Notes: generated by a model not told the origin, from the letters alone. DNA of 64,000 nt from an uncultured delta proteobacterium (GCA_963842085.1 CAWJET010000001.1:2912001-2976000); one strand, 5' to 3'. Numbered from the stretch's first letter, positions 9,827 to 19,345 are shown. Made by a program: numbers and translations.

Positions 9827-10282
9827 ATGAGTCCGGGCAGGATCAGAATGCTCAAAATTCTCGGCGGACTCGTGCTGGGCGCGGGCGCCGCGTTTCTCAT
9901 CTTCACCGCTGCCGCGGACTGCACGCCGGTGACCGGCAGCGACGCCGTGGCCGTCAACGTGTCCGCGCTGCGCCCCGGCGGCGCGCGGCTTTTCTGTTAC
10001 AGAGATGACGCCGGCAGGCGGCTCCGCTTCGTGCTCGCGCGCGGCCACGATGGCAAAGTGCGCTCGGTGTTCGACGCATGCCGCCAGTGCTTCGCGTACC
10101 ATCGCGGCTACCGGATAGCTGGCGGCGAACTGATTTGCCGGGTGTGCGGAAATCACTACCCGATCGATCGAATGACTGAAGGCAAAGCGTCGTGCGTGCC
10201 CGTCAGCCTTGCGCACGAGGAAGATTCAGGGATCGTGCATATCAAAACGGCGGATCTCAAAGCGGGCCGCGCGTTGTTCTGA
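9827..10282 (+). CDS. DUF2318-like membrane-anchored Fe-S/Cys-rich protein
   Basis: N-terminal TM helix; FDACRQC...GY...LICRVCG...GKASCVPV pattern. Confidence 0.75.
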   Translation: MSPGRIRMLKILGGLVLGAGAAFLIFTAAADCTPVTGSDAVAVNVSALRPGGARLFCYRDDAGRRLRFVLARGHDGKVRSVFDACRQCFAYHRGYRIAGGELICRVCGNHYPIDRMTEGKASCVPVSLAHEEDSGIVHIKTADLKAGRALF

Positions 10283-10305
10283 CTATCCGGAGTAGCCGTA
10301 GCAAG

Positions 10306-10923
10306 ATGACGGTTGATATTCGCACCATCAGACACTACCGCCGCGTGCTGGTGATATTCAGTCTCGCAGCGCTTCTTACTCTATCGGCCTGCGGCAATCG
10401 CGAAGCGAGAGGTGACTATCCGGCGGCTAACGGGAACAATTGCCTGCCGGACGTGAGCCTGATCGATCAGCACGGGAGCACGGTCTCGCTCGAGTCGTTA
10501 AAGGGCAAGCCGGTGCTGATCGATTTCATTTACACCTCGTGCGCTTCGACCTGCCCGCTGCTCACGGCAAAGATGGCGGCGATCGCACACGTGCTTGGTC
10601 CCGCGCTGGGAGCCGACGTCAGGATCGTCTCGATCACGCTCGATCCCGAGCACGACAGCCCCGCGGCGCTGGCAACGTACGCTCAGAGCCACGACGCAAA
10701 TGCGAGCGGCTGGCTCTTTTTGACCGGGCCGCCCGCCAAAATCGACCAGGTCCTGGCGTTGTTCAAGCTGCGCCGGACGCGTGAGAGCGATGGATCGATC
10801 ATGCATTCCATATCCGCCTTCCTGCTCGGTCCCGACGGCCATCAGATTCGGCAGTACAACGCGCTCGATGTGAGCCCCGACGCGGTAGTCGCGGACGTTG
10901 ATCGCGCGCGCAGCAAAGGCTAA
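10306..10923 (+). CDS. SCO1/SenC family copper chaperone, lipoprotein (copy 1)
   Basis: Lipobox LSAC, DFIYTSCASTCP (CxxxC), ITLDPEHD, WLFLTG, distal His (IMHS). Confidence 0.9.
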   Translation: MTVDIRTIRHYRRVLVIFSLAALLTLSACGNREARGDYPAANGNNCLPDVSLIDQHGSTVSLESLKGKPVLIDFIYTSCASTCPLLTAKMAAIAHVLGPALGADVRIVSITLDPEHDSPAALATYAQSHDANASGWLFLTGPPAKIDQVLALFKLRRTRESDGSIMHSISAFLLGPDGHQIRQYNALDVSPDAVVADVDRARSKG

Positions 10924-10948
10924 GAGCGAAGTGTCGGAATAAACCGCG

Positions 10949-11269
10949 ATGGCAACCTCACTGACGATCGATCGCGCTTCGATGCGGCAGTTCGCCGCTG
11001 CGATGGCGTTGGTCATGATAATGGCGAGCCTGCCGTCGATCGGCGTGATCGTCATTTCCGATCGTTCCGGGCCGAACATCTCGCTCGACATCTGCCATCC
11101 GCTGCAGTCGCTGGACAGCTCGCCCGGCATCGCGCAGATCGCACGTCCGGCGCAGCCTGAAATTGGAGCGAAGATTGTTTCGCACGAATTGGTTGCTCAA
11201 TTCGTTCCGATTCTGAAGCATAGATTCGCCGAAGCACCCGATCCGCCTCCGCCCAAGCTGTTCTGCTAA
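10949..11269 (+). CDS. Small membrane-targeted protein with C-terminal polyproline; CutF/CruR(DUF2946)-like leader peptide candidate
   Basis: Hydrophobic N-terminal segment, DICHP motif, ends APDPPPPKLFC; lies upstream of an outer membrane protein gene in a SCO cluster. Confidence 0.6.
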   Translation: MATSLTIDRASMRQFAAAMALVMIMASLPSIGVIVISDRSGPNISLDICHPLQSLDSSPGIAQIARPAQPEIGAKIVSHELVAQFVPILKHRFAEAPDPPPPKLFC

Positions 11270-11389
11270 ACAGGGCGGTTTCAGCTTTTCGCTTATCGTT
11301 AATGGACGATTGCTCGTGGGCCTTGATGGTTCGCGCGCCGAAGGTGCGGCTCCGGTGGGCCGGGATGGATGCTTATGCGGAGGAATCTT

Positions 11390-12370
11390 ATGTCACGGCG
11401 TCAGGCTTTCTCTAAGACAGCCAGACGCGTGTTGGTAGCGGCGATTTTCGCGATCGGGCTAACGCCGAGCCTCGTCTGGGCCTGCGCCTGCGGGTGTGGT
11501 GTTTTCGAGGTAGGAACCGCATCACTGTTTCCTCAGGGGTCCGGAGGCCAGGTGTGGCTGCAATATGAGTACATGGATCAGTCCATAAACTTCCACGCGA
11601 CCCAGCCAGCTTCCGCCTTCTACAACAACGACAAGTACATCCGGACAGACTTCATCGAAGCGGGCGTACAGTACATGTTCAATCGGGACTGGGGCGTGAT
11701 GCTCGAGGTGCCCTATTGGGTGCGCGATTACAAGGGTGCTTATGACGGCAACAACAGCGACATCCATTGGTACCAGAACAACTCCATCGGCGATGTCCGG
11801 ATCCAGGCGATGTACACGGGTCTGTCGGAGGACATGTCGACCGGGCTCCTGATGGGGGTCAAGCCCCCGAGCGGCCAGTGGACCTATCCACCTTACGATC
11901 GGGACACGCAGATTGGCACGGGAAGCACCGACCTTCTGATGGGGGCTTACCACCTCGGAACATTCCCGACCAAGTTGGGAACGTTGCCGTTGACCCTCAT
12001 GGAGCGGCCCTTCAACTACTTCGTGCAGGTCAACTACGACTTGCCGCTCTGGGAACAGGACCAGTACACGCCCGGCAGGGAAGTCGATGGTGCGGTGGGA
12101 GCCTACTACGACTTCGGCAAAGTCGGTCTTCTCAGCGAGCTCGCTCCGATGCTCACCTTTCTCGCCTCTGACCGCACGCGGGATACAGGAAATAACGCAA
12201 ATCCCGCGAACAGCGGCTACACCCGTCTTATCGTTGCTCCGGGAGGCGAGATCAAACTCGGGATCATCCGGGCTTACGCAGACATAGAGGTCCCAATTTT
12301 TCAAAACATGAGGGGCTATCAGATCACCGCGCCCTTCGCGACCAAGCTGATTTTGAGTTACAGCTTCTGA
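11390..12370 (+). CDS. Putative outer membrane beta-barrel with N-terminal CACGC motif
   Basis: SD GGAGG 11379-11383; signal peptide ending LVWA followed by CACGCG; aromatic-rich amphipathic strands; QIGTGSTD; C-terminal LSYSF. Confidence 0.7.
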   Translation: MSRRQAFSKTARRVLVAAIFAIGLTPSLVWACACGCGVFEVGTASLFPQGSGGQVWLQYEYMDQSINFHATQPASAFYNNDKYIRTDFIEAGVQYMFNRDWGVMLEVPYWVRDYKGAYDGNNSDIHWYQNNSIGDVRIQAMYTGLSEDMSTGLLMGVKPPSGQWTYPPYDRDTQIGTGSTDLLMGAYHLGTFPTKLGTLPLTLMERPFNYFVQVNYDLPLWEQDQYTPGREVDGAVGAYYDFGKVGLLSELAPMLTFLASDRTRDTGNNANPANSGYTRLIVAPGGEIKLGIIRAYADIEVPIFQNMRGYQITAPFATKLILSYSF

Positions 12371-12387
12371 AGCGAGGAAAAGCAACC

Positions 12388-12948
12388 GTGAGGCGAACGA
12401 CATGGTGGTCTGCCGGAGCGGGAGTTGCCGCGCTCATCTGTGCGGCTACGTTAGCGTTCGCCTACGCGACTGTCGGTCAAACAGCACCGGCGCTGATCGT
12501 GCCGGAACTGGCTGGTGGCACGTTCGATCTTGCCGCCGAGCGTGGCAAGGTTGTGATCGTGAATTTTTGGGCCACCTGGTGTCCGCCCTGTCGCGAGGAG
12601 ATGCCGGCTCTCGACGCTTTCTACCGGCGCTATCATGGCCAGGGGCTCGAGATGATCGGCGTGAGCGCTGATCGCCCGCACGATCGATCCGATGTGATCA
12701 AGGTCATGCAATCGTTCAGTTATCCGGCGGCGATACTTGGAGATGCCCAAACCAATGGATTCGGCGATCCCGCCGAGTTGCCCGAGACCTTTGTTGTGGA
12801 CCGCTCAGGAGTTGTGCGCGATTGGTTTACGCCCGATAAAACAGCGGTCACGGAGAAGAGTCTTTCGGACGCGGTGCTCCCGCTGCTTTCACCAAGTTCC
12901 GCGGCGCAGGCATCAGCGAATCCCCGCGGACCTAACGCCAAGCCTTGA
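12388..12948 (+). CDS. TlpA/ResA-family thiol-disulfide reductase
   Basis: Signal/TM segment, VNFWATWCPPCREEMP, LPETFVVDRSG. Confidence 0.92.
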   Translation: MRRTTWWSAGAGVAALICAATLAFAYATVGQTAPALIVPELAGGTFDLAAERGKVVIVNFWATWCPPCREEMPALDAFYRRYHGQGLEMIGVSADRPHDRSDVIKVMQSFSYPAAILGDAQTNGFGDPAELPETFVVDRSGVVRDWFTPDKTAVTEKSLSDAVLPLLSPSSAAQASANPRGPNAKP

Positions 12949-12969
12949 CCCCATCAGGAGCAATCCTCG

Positions 12970-13374
12970 TTGCAATCGCGTCAAACGAACAAGCTCGCGT
13001 TAGTCGCAATCATCCTGCTGGCTGGATGCGCTTCTACGAACCCCCGGACGGGCGATCCGAATCCGAGGCTCGCGCAGTTGGAAAAAAAGAGACAGGCTCT
13101 CAACGAGAGCGAGAAACAGTGCGTCGACGAAACACTGAACCGGTGCCGCGATGAAACGGAGCGCATACTTGCAACTCCAGACGCTTCCGTTGAATCGCGA
13201 ATACAGCAGGAAGCCGACGAGCGCGATCGGGAACTCTCGGAATGCCGTGCCACAGCGGACGAGGAAAACGCGGAAATCGCTGAGCGAGAGCGCAACGAAT
13301 ATGAACTCGAGGCGCAGCAAGAGCGTGATCGCGCCTCGCTGATGGCGATTCTAACAGCCTCCCGGATGCACTGA
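12970..13374 (+). CDS. Hypothetical coiled-coil lipoprotein
   Basis: Lipobox LLAGC; acidic heptad-rich body with three further Cys. Confidence 0.6.
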   Translation: MQSRQTNKLALVAIILLAGCASTNPRTGDPNPRLAQLEKKRQALNESEKQCVDETLNRCRDETERILATPDASVESRIQQEADERDRELSECRATADEENAEIAERERNEYELEAQQERDRASLMAILTASRMH

Positions 13375-13379
13375 AGTTT

Positions 13380-14057
13380 ATGCATGGAAGCACGATGCAT
13401 TCTGCGCGAACCATTTCCTCGATCACGAAGAGTTTATTTCTGACGATGGTGGTGGTCTTCACGGGAGTGCTGTCGCTGACTGGTTGCCGCCGGCCGGCTG
13501 CAAATGTCGGCGAGCGCGGAGGATCCGCGGTGCGCGACGCCTCCGACTGCTTGCCCGATATCACCTTGGTCGATCAGTACGGCCGGAAAGTTTCCCTGGC
13601 CTCGCTGAAGGGCAAACCGGTGCTGTTCGATTTCATCTACACCACCTGTCCAGGACCGTGTCTGCTCCTCACGGCGCGGATGAAAAAGATCGCCGATCGA
13701 CTCGGGCCCAAGCTCGGAACGGACGCCCGCATCGTCTCGATCACGGTCGATCCCGAACACGATCACCCCGAGCAGCTTCGCGCATATGCCAGTGCGCAGG
13801 GCGCCGACCTTAACGGCTGGCTGTTTTTAACTGGGACGCCCAAACAAATCGACGCTGTGATGGCGCGATTCAAGTTGTTCCGCCATCGCGAAGCCGATGG
13901 AGGAGTCGATCATTTTCTCCTGTTCTGTCTGGTTGACGCGAACGGCCGTGCATTGGTCCAGTACCTGGGCGAAGATGCCCAACCGGAGCGCGTCGCGAGC
14001 GACATCGAGCGGGCCGCAGCGCACAAGCCGATGGCGGCTGGCGACGGCGCGACCTAG
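13380..14057 (+). CDS. SCO1/SenC family lipoprotein (copy 2)
   Basis: Lipobox LTGC, DFIYTTCPGPC, ITVDPEHD, WLFLTG, His in VDHF. Confidence 0.9.
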   Translation: MHGSTMHSARTISSITKSLFLTMVVVFTGVLSLTGCRRPAANVGERGGSAVRDASDCLPDITLVDQYGRKVSLASLKGKPVLFDFIYTTCPGPCLLLTARMKKIADRLGPKLGTDARIVSITVDPEHDHPEQLRAYASAQGADLNGWLFLTGTPKQIDAVMARFKLFRHREADGGVDHFLLFCLVDANGRALVQYLGEDAQPERVASDIERAAAHKPMAAGDGAT

Positions 14058-14118
14058 CCTTTTTGGAAGTGAGCAGGTGAAATCGCTAACGGACAAACAA
14101 TTGGTAAGAGATAGATAT

Positions 14119-14715
14119 ATGAGTACTCATCGAAATCTCAGATCGCTCGTCATCGTGGTAGCGATGACGTCGAGCCTGTTCGCGGCTGCTGGATGCAATC
14201 GCAACACCGAGGGCAGCGTGGGCGCCACCAACGTTCTCACCGATACCAAGCTCGTCGATCAGTATGGCGACACCGTCTCGCTGACGTCGCTAAAGGGCAA
14301 GCCGCTGGTGGTGGATTTTATCTACACGTCGTGTCCGGGGTCGTGCCTGATGGAGACGGCGAAGTTGGCGAATGTCGCGCTGCGGCTGGGCAACGATCTT
14401 GGCTCGAAAGTGACGATCGTTTCGATCAGCGTCGATCCCGAGCATGACGGTCCCAAACAGTTGCTCGACTACTCGCGCCAGCAGGGGGCGGACGAAAAGG
14501 GGTGGTATTTTCTGACCGGCGGTCCCGCGGACGTCGATCGAGCGCTGGCGGGCTTCAAGCTCAGCCGGCAAATCATGCCCGATGGTTCGGTCGGCCACCT
14601 GGTCGATATGATGCTGGTAGGACCGGATGGCCGGTTGGTGCGCGAATACAACGGCGAAATTGTCAAGGCGCAGGACATCGTCGACGACGTCAAAAAAACC
14701 CTGAGCAAGGGTTGA
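14119..14715 (+). CDS. SCO1/SenC family lipoprotein (copy 3)
   Basis: Lipobox AAGC, DFIYTSCPGSC, ISVDPEHD, WYFLTG, His in VGHL. Confidence 0.9.
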   Translation: MSTHRNLRSLVIVVAMTSSLFAAAGCNRNTEGSVGATNVLTDTKLVDQYGDTVSLTSLKGKPLVVDFIYTSCPGSCLMETAKLANVALRLGNDLGSKVTIVSISVDPEHDGPKQLLDYSRQQGADEKGWYFLTGGPADVDRALAGFKLSRQIMPDGSVGHLVDMMLVGPDGRLVREYNGEIVKAQDIVDDVKKTLSKG

Positions 14716-14723
14716 GGTGCCGC

Positions 14724-15188
14724 ATGAGACGAGCAATTGTTTTCGGCTCCTCGTTTGCGGCGATTCTGGCGCTGGCCTATCTGTGGCCAACGTTCGGCGC
14801 CTCATCATCGGAGAACGGCGGTGCGCGCGGAGCAATGTGCATAGCCGGTCATTGCTGCTGCACGAGACTGGCGGAGGCAGAGACCGTCGCCGCCAACGGG
14901 GCGCAGGGGCGTTTGACGCTCGATCCGAACCAGTTCGTTGGTCCGGCCAAGCAAGCCTATCAAGTTGCGGAGAAAGATCCGGCGCTGCTGGCGCGGCTGC
15001 ATTGCTATTGCGGATGTGACAGGCTGTACGGCCATCAGAATCTGCTCGATTGTTATCGAGGCGAGCACGGCTCGAAATGCGAAATCTGCATCGGCGAGGC
15101 GTTGTTGGCGGAGCGGATGTCGGAGCAGGGCTCGCCGGTCGATCAGATACGCGACGCTATCCGCAGGAATTTCGCGCCTGACAATTGA
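14724..15188 (+). CDS. PCYCGC-motif family exported Cys-rich protein
   Basis: SD GAGGT; N-terminal TM; LHCYCGCD...GHQNLLDCY...HGSKCEICIGEA; extra CIAGHCCC segment. Confidence 0.8.
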   Translation: MRRAIVFGSSFAAILALAYLWPTFGASSSENGGARGAMCIAGHCCCTRLAEAETVAANGAQGRLTLDPNQFVGPAKQAYQVAEKDPALLARLHCYCGCDRLYGHQNLLDCYRGEHGSKCEICIGEALLAERMSEQGSPVDQIRDAIRRNFAPDN

Positions 15189-15325
15189 ACGCGCCGCGAA
15201 GGTCCCTGGACTCAAAACCGGGCTCGAACCTCGCGTTTGCAGACCGCGTGGCCTTGGCGCTACTCTGAATCCGGCTTCAAAACGGAATTTCCCGCCTAAT
15301 TTCGTGCCATTGCGGACCTAGCTAT

Positions 15326-16216
15326 ATGGCGTCAGACCGCCTCATGAGGTTGCCCGAGTTCATCGGGCTCGGCCCTCCCCGCACGGGTACAACCTGGCTG
15401 CATCGCATGCTCGAGGGCCACGTCGATCTGCCCTACGGAGTCAAGGAAACGCAGTTTTTCACCACCTTCTACTCGAAGGGAATCGATTGGTACGCTCACC
15501 ATTTCCGCTACGCGACCGGTGACCGCAAGGTGGCGGAGATTTGTCCGTACTTCGACGCGAAGAAGGCACCTGCGCGCATTCATCGCCATCTTCCGGACTG
15601 CAAATTCCTCGTGACGCTCCGCAATCCCGTCGATCATGCTTACTCGACTTACAAAATGCTGCTTCGCGGCGCGTTCGTGCGTGGAACGTTCGACGAGGTG
15701 CTCAACACGCGCCCCCACATCGACGACAGCAACCGTTACGCGAAGCATCTGACGACATGGTTTGACTATTTCGGCCGCGAGCGTTTTCTGGTCATGCGTT
15801 ATGAAGAGCTGCGCGACGATCCCCAAGGCTATCTGGACCGGGTGTGCGACTTTATTGGGACGGCGCGAATCCAGATTCCCGATCACGTCCGCGGGCAACG
15901 GCGGGTTAATTTGATCGAGCGCGCCCCGAAGAGCCGCAAGCTCGCCCAGAATGCGCGGCATCTCCGCTATTGGCTCAAAAGGCGTCATGCCTACGGCGTG
16001 ATGAGAGCGCTCGGAAGCACCGGCATCTGGGAATTCTGCAACGGCCGCGGCGAAATATTCCCGACCCTTTCGCCCGAGCAAAACGCGATCTTGACCGAGC
16101 GCTATCTACCCGAGGTCGAGGCGCTCGAGGAGCTGCTCAAGATCGATTTTTCGGAATGGAAAAAGTCCGACGCTGTGCCGCGCCAAGCGGCGGCGATCGG
16201 TGCCAGGCAGGGCTGA
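15326..16216 (+). CDS. PAPS-dependent sulfotransferase
   Basis: 5'-PSB loop FIGLGPPRTGTTWL, KETQFF, 3'-PB motif LRNPVDHAYS, YEEL..DP. Confidence 0.88.
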   Translation: MASDRLMRLPEFIGLGPPRTGTTWLHRMLEGHVDLPYGVKETQFFTTFYSKGIDWYAHHFRYATGDRKVAEICPYFDAKKAPARIHRHLPDCKFLVTLRNPVDHAYSTYKMLLRGAFVRGTFDEVLNTRPHIDDSNRYAKHLTTWFDYFGRERFLVMRYEELRDDPQGYLDRVCDFIGTARIQIPDHVRGQRRVNLIERAPKSRKLAQNARHLRYWLKRRHAYGVMRALGSTGIWEFCNGRGEIFPTLSPEQNAILTERYLPEVEALEELLKIDFSEWKKSDAVPRQAAAIGARQG

Positions 16217-16352
16217 CATGGATGCGACGGCACTAAAGTTGGTGGATTTCAGGACCGGTACCACTTGGCTGACCAATCGTCGCTGATATACCGGTTGAAT
16301 CGGGCCAGCGAGGCCATTTGCGGCGCCATGTTTTTCAATCACAATCCCTTCA

Positions 16353-17555
16353 ATGCCGTTGAATGCCGAAGCGCCGCCGCCGCTCGATGAACGCCTGAAA
16401 GAGACCGCGCACAAGTGCCGCGTCATGATCGTTGCCGGCGAGGCGTCGGGCGATCTTCATGGCGGCGATCTGGCGCGGGAGATTCTCGCGCGCGACCCGT
16501 CGTGCGAACTGTTCGGAATCGCGGGCGAGAAAATGCGCGCGGCCGGGGTGCGCGCGATCGTCAGGACCGAGGACATTCACGGGCTCGGACTTTCGGAGCT
16601 GGCCTCGACGATCGGGCGCACGATTGGCGCGTTTCGCGCGCTGCGCCGAATCATCCGGCGCGAGCAGCCGGACCTCGTGCTCCTGATCGACTACGCGGAG
16701 TTCAATCTGATACTTTCCGGCACGGCCCGGCGCAACGGAGTGCCGGTGCTCTACTACATCACGCCGCAAGTGTGGGCGTGGCGGCGCGGCCGAATCGACA
16801 AGCTGGTCGAGCGCGCGGATCGGCTGGCGGTGGTGCTGCCGTTCGAGGCCGAACTGTTCCATCGCGCAGGCGAGCGCGTTTCGTTCGTGGGGCATCCGCT
16901 GCTCGATCGGATCGCCACGATCCAGAACCGGGACGAGACGCTGAAGCGTCATGGCTTCCCGCCCCGCGCGCGAATCATCTCGATCCTGCCAGGCAGCCGG
17001 CGCGCCGAAGTTCGCTACCTGCTGGATCCGATGGTCAAGGCGGCGCGGATTATCGCGCGCGATCATGGCCTTGAAATAGCGCTCGCGCTGGCGCCGACGC
17101 TGACACCGGCTGAACTTGTCGAGGTGGGACGCGCGGACCTGGCGGGAATCAGGATTGTCGAGAACGACACATACAACATAGTCGCGTCGAGCGAGCTCGC
17201 GCTGGTCGCGTCGGGCACTGCCACGCTGGAGACGGCGCTGCTCGGATGCCCCGAAGTCATCGCCTACAAAGTGTCGCCGCTTACCTATATTCTAGGGCGG
17301 ATGCTCGTGACGGGGGTGGATTTTATAGGGATGCCGAACATTCTTGCGGGCCGGCAAATTGCGCCGGAACTGATCCAGGGCGACGTGACCGTCGAGAAGT
17401 TGGTGCGAGCTGCCGAGCCGCTGTTAAGCGAGACAATCCACACCGACACGGTCGCCGCGCTGAAGGCATTGCGCGAGAAGCTCGGCTCACCGGGCGCGGC
17501 GGGACGAGTCGCGACGCTCGCGCTCGAGATGATCGCGTCCAGGTCGAAGGCATGA
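16353..17555 (+). CDS. lpxB: Lipid-A-disaccharide synthase
   Basis: IVAGEASGDLHG, PQVWAWR, LPFE, FVGHPL, LPGSR, ASGTATLE. Confidence 0.96.
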   Translation: MPLNAEAPPPLDERLKETAHKCRVMIVAGEASGDLHGGDLAREILARDPSCELFGIAGEKMRAAGVRAIVRTEDIHGLGLSELASTIGRTIGAFRALRRIIRREQPDLVLLIDYAEFNLILSGTARRNGVPVLYYITPQVWAWRRGRIDKLVERADRLAVVLPFEAELFHRAGERVSFVGHPLLDRIATIQNRDETLKRHGFPPRARIISILPGSRRAEVRYLLDPMVKAARIIARDHGLEIALALAPTLTPAELVEVGRADLAGIRIVENDTYNIVASSELALVASGTATLETALLGCPEVIAYKVSPLTYILGRMLVTGVDFIGMPNILAGRQIAPELIQGDVTVEKLVRAAEPLLSETIHTDTVAALKALREKLGSPGAAGRVATLALEMIASRSKA

Positions 17556-19345
17556 AGCTGCTTACCCCAATGGAATGGCGGCTGTACGGCTACCTCCGCC
17601 GATACATGTTCCCGTTCGTGTTGTTGCTGGGTGTGGCAATGGCCCTGCTGTCGGCGGCCAGCGCTGGAATCCCGCTCATCATCAAGATGGTGGTCGATAT
17701 GGTCACCAATCTCAAAATCGCTCATCAGCTCGACGCGCACGGCGCCCTGGAGCTGCGTAAATACTCGCTGATGCTCGCCGGATTATTTTTGCTCCGCGCG
17801 CTCGCCAATTTTTCCGACGACTATTTGAGCGCGTACATATCGCAGAAGCTGGTGATGGACATCCGCGGCGATCTCAACGAGAGCCTGCAACGCCAATCGT
17901 TGAGTTTCTTCAACCGCACGCCGACCGGCGTGATGGTTTCGCGAATCATCAGCGACGTCGGCATGGTGGTCTCCAGCCTGACCGGCGGCGTGTTTTCGAT
18001 TTTCGGCGACGGCATGTCGCTGATCGCGTTGCTGGTGACGGCCTTCTACCTCGATTGGCAGCTCGCCATCATCGCCTTCATCGGTTTTCCGATCGTCGTT
18101 CTGCCGATCGCAGGTCTTTCGAAGAAAGTCCGTCGCGAGACCAAGAACCAGCAAAAGCAGTTGAGCGGCTTGCAGTCGCTGCTGGTCGAAACCTTCCAGG
18201 GCAACCGCGTCGTGAAGGCGTTCGGGATGGAAGATTACGAGCGCGCCCGCTTCAATCGCGAGCTCAAGCGGCTGTTTAGGATTTTCATGCGGGTGGCGCG
18301 GATCAAGGCGTTTACCGGGCCGCTGATCGAGGCGCTGGGCGCGATTGCGGTCGTCGTGGTGGTCTGGTGGGCGGTGGGCTCGCTGCAAGCGGGCACGCGC
18401 ACACTGGGTCAATTCGCCGGATTCTTTACCACCATGATTCTCGTTTACCGTCCATTCAAGGCGCTCGGCAAAACCAACAACACAATCCAGCAAGGGCTTG
18501 CCGCGGCCGAACGGGTCTTCGAGATGATGGATCAGCCGAGCGAGGTTCCCGACGACCCCGACGGAATCGAGCTGCATCCCGGCCCGCACAGCGTCGCCTT
18601 CGAGCACGTCAGTTTCCGCTACGGCGACGAGTGGGTGCTGCACGACATCAACCTGGAGATTGGCGCGGGCAAGGTCGTGGCGCTGGTCGGGATGAGCGGC
18701 GGCGGCAAGTCCACGATGGCAGATTTGATTCCGCGTTTTTATGACGTGCAGCAAGGACGCGTCACGGTCGATGGAATCGACGTGCGCCGGCTGCGGCTCA
18801 AGTCGCTGCGCGCGGAAATCGGCCTGGTCACTCAGACTACCTTTCTGTTCGACGACACGATTCGCGCCAATATCGCGTACGGCAGCAGCGACAAACATCT
18901 CGAGCGCGTAGTCGCGGCCGCCAAGCTCGCCAACGCTCACGACTTTATCTCGCGGCTGCCCAACGGCTACGACACGATGGTGGGCGAACTCGGCGTGCGC
19001 ATCTCGGGCGGCGAGCGCCAGCGAATCGCGATCGCGCGGGCGCTGCTCAAGGACGCGCCGATTCTGATCCTGGACGAGGCCACCTCGTCACTGGACTCCG
19101 CCGCCGAGCGCTCGGTGCAGGAAGCGCTTGATCACCTGATGGCCAACCGCACCACGCTGGTGATAGCGCATCGGCTGTCCACCGTGCGCCGCGCCGACCG
19201 GATCGTGGTAGTCGTTCACGGCCGTATCGTCGAGGATGGTACGCACGACGAATTGTTTGCGCGCGGGCAGGAGTACCGAAAGCTCTACGACCTGCAATTC
19301 ATGTCGCCCGAAGATCTGGCCGGCAACGGCGGTCTCATCAACTGA
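17552..19345 (+). CDS. msbA: Lipid A export ABC transporter (MsbA-like)
   Basis: 6-TM domain plus NBD ([25 protein letters not shown]); ATGA overlap with the lpxB stop. Confidence 0.9.
   Translation: MKLLTPMEWRLYGYLRRYMFPFVLLLGVAMALLSAASAGIPLIIKMVVDMVTNLKIAHQLDAHGALELRKYSLMLAGLFLLRALANFSDDYLSAYISQKLVMDIRGDLNESLQRQSLSFFNRTPTGVMVSRIISDVGMVVSSLTGGVFSIFGDGMSLIALLVTAFYLDWQLAIIAFIGFPIVVLPIAGLSKKVRRETKNQQKQLSGLQSLLVETFQGNRVVKAFGMEDYERARFNRELKRLFRIFMRVARIKAFTGPLIEALGAIAVVVVVWWAVGSLQAGTRTLGQFAGFFTTMILVYRPFKALGKTNNTIQQGLAAAERVFEMMDQPSEVPDDPDGIELHPGPHSVAFEHVSFRYGDEWVLHDINLEIGAGKVVALVGMSGGGKSTMADLIPRFYDVQQGRVTVDGIDVRRLRLKSLRAEIGLVTQTTFLFDDTIRANIAYGSSDKHLERVVAAAKLANAHDFISRLPNGYDTMVGELGVRISGGERQRIAIARALLKDAPILILDEATSSLDSAAERSVQEALDHLMANRTTLVIAHRLSTVRRADRIVVVVHGRIVEDGTHDELFARGQEYRKLYDLQFMSPEDLAGNGGLIN

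Noticed and set aside
9794-16352. Metal island as a mobile element
   Set aside because: No integrase, transposase, tRNA target or flanking direct repeats were seen; insertion is inferred only from the interrupted gene order.
17246-17551. N-terminal extension of msbA
   Set aside because: Overlaps lpxB out of frame; the ATGA-coupled ATG at 17552 is the plausible start.
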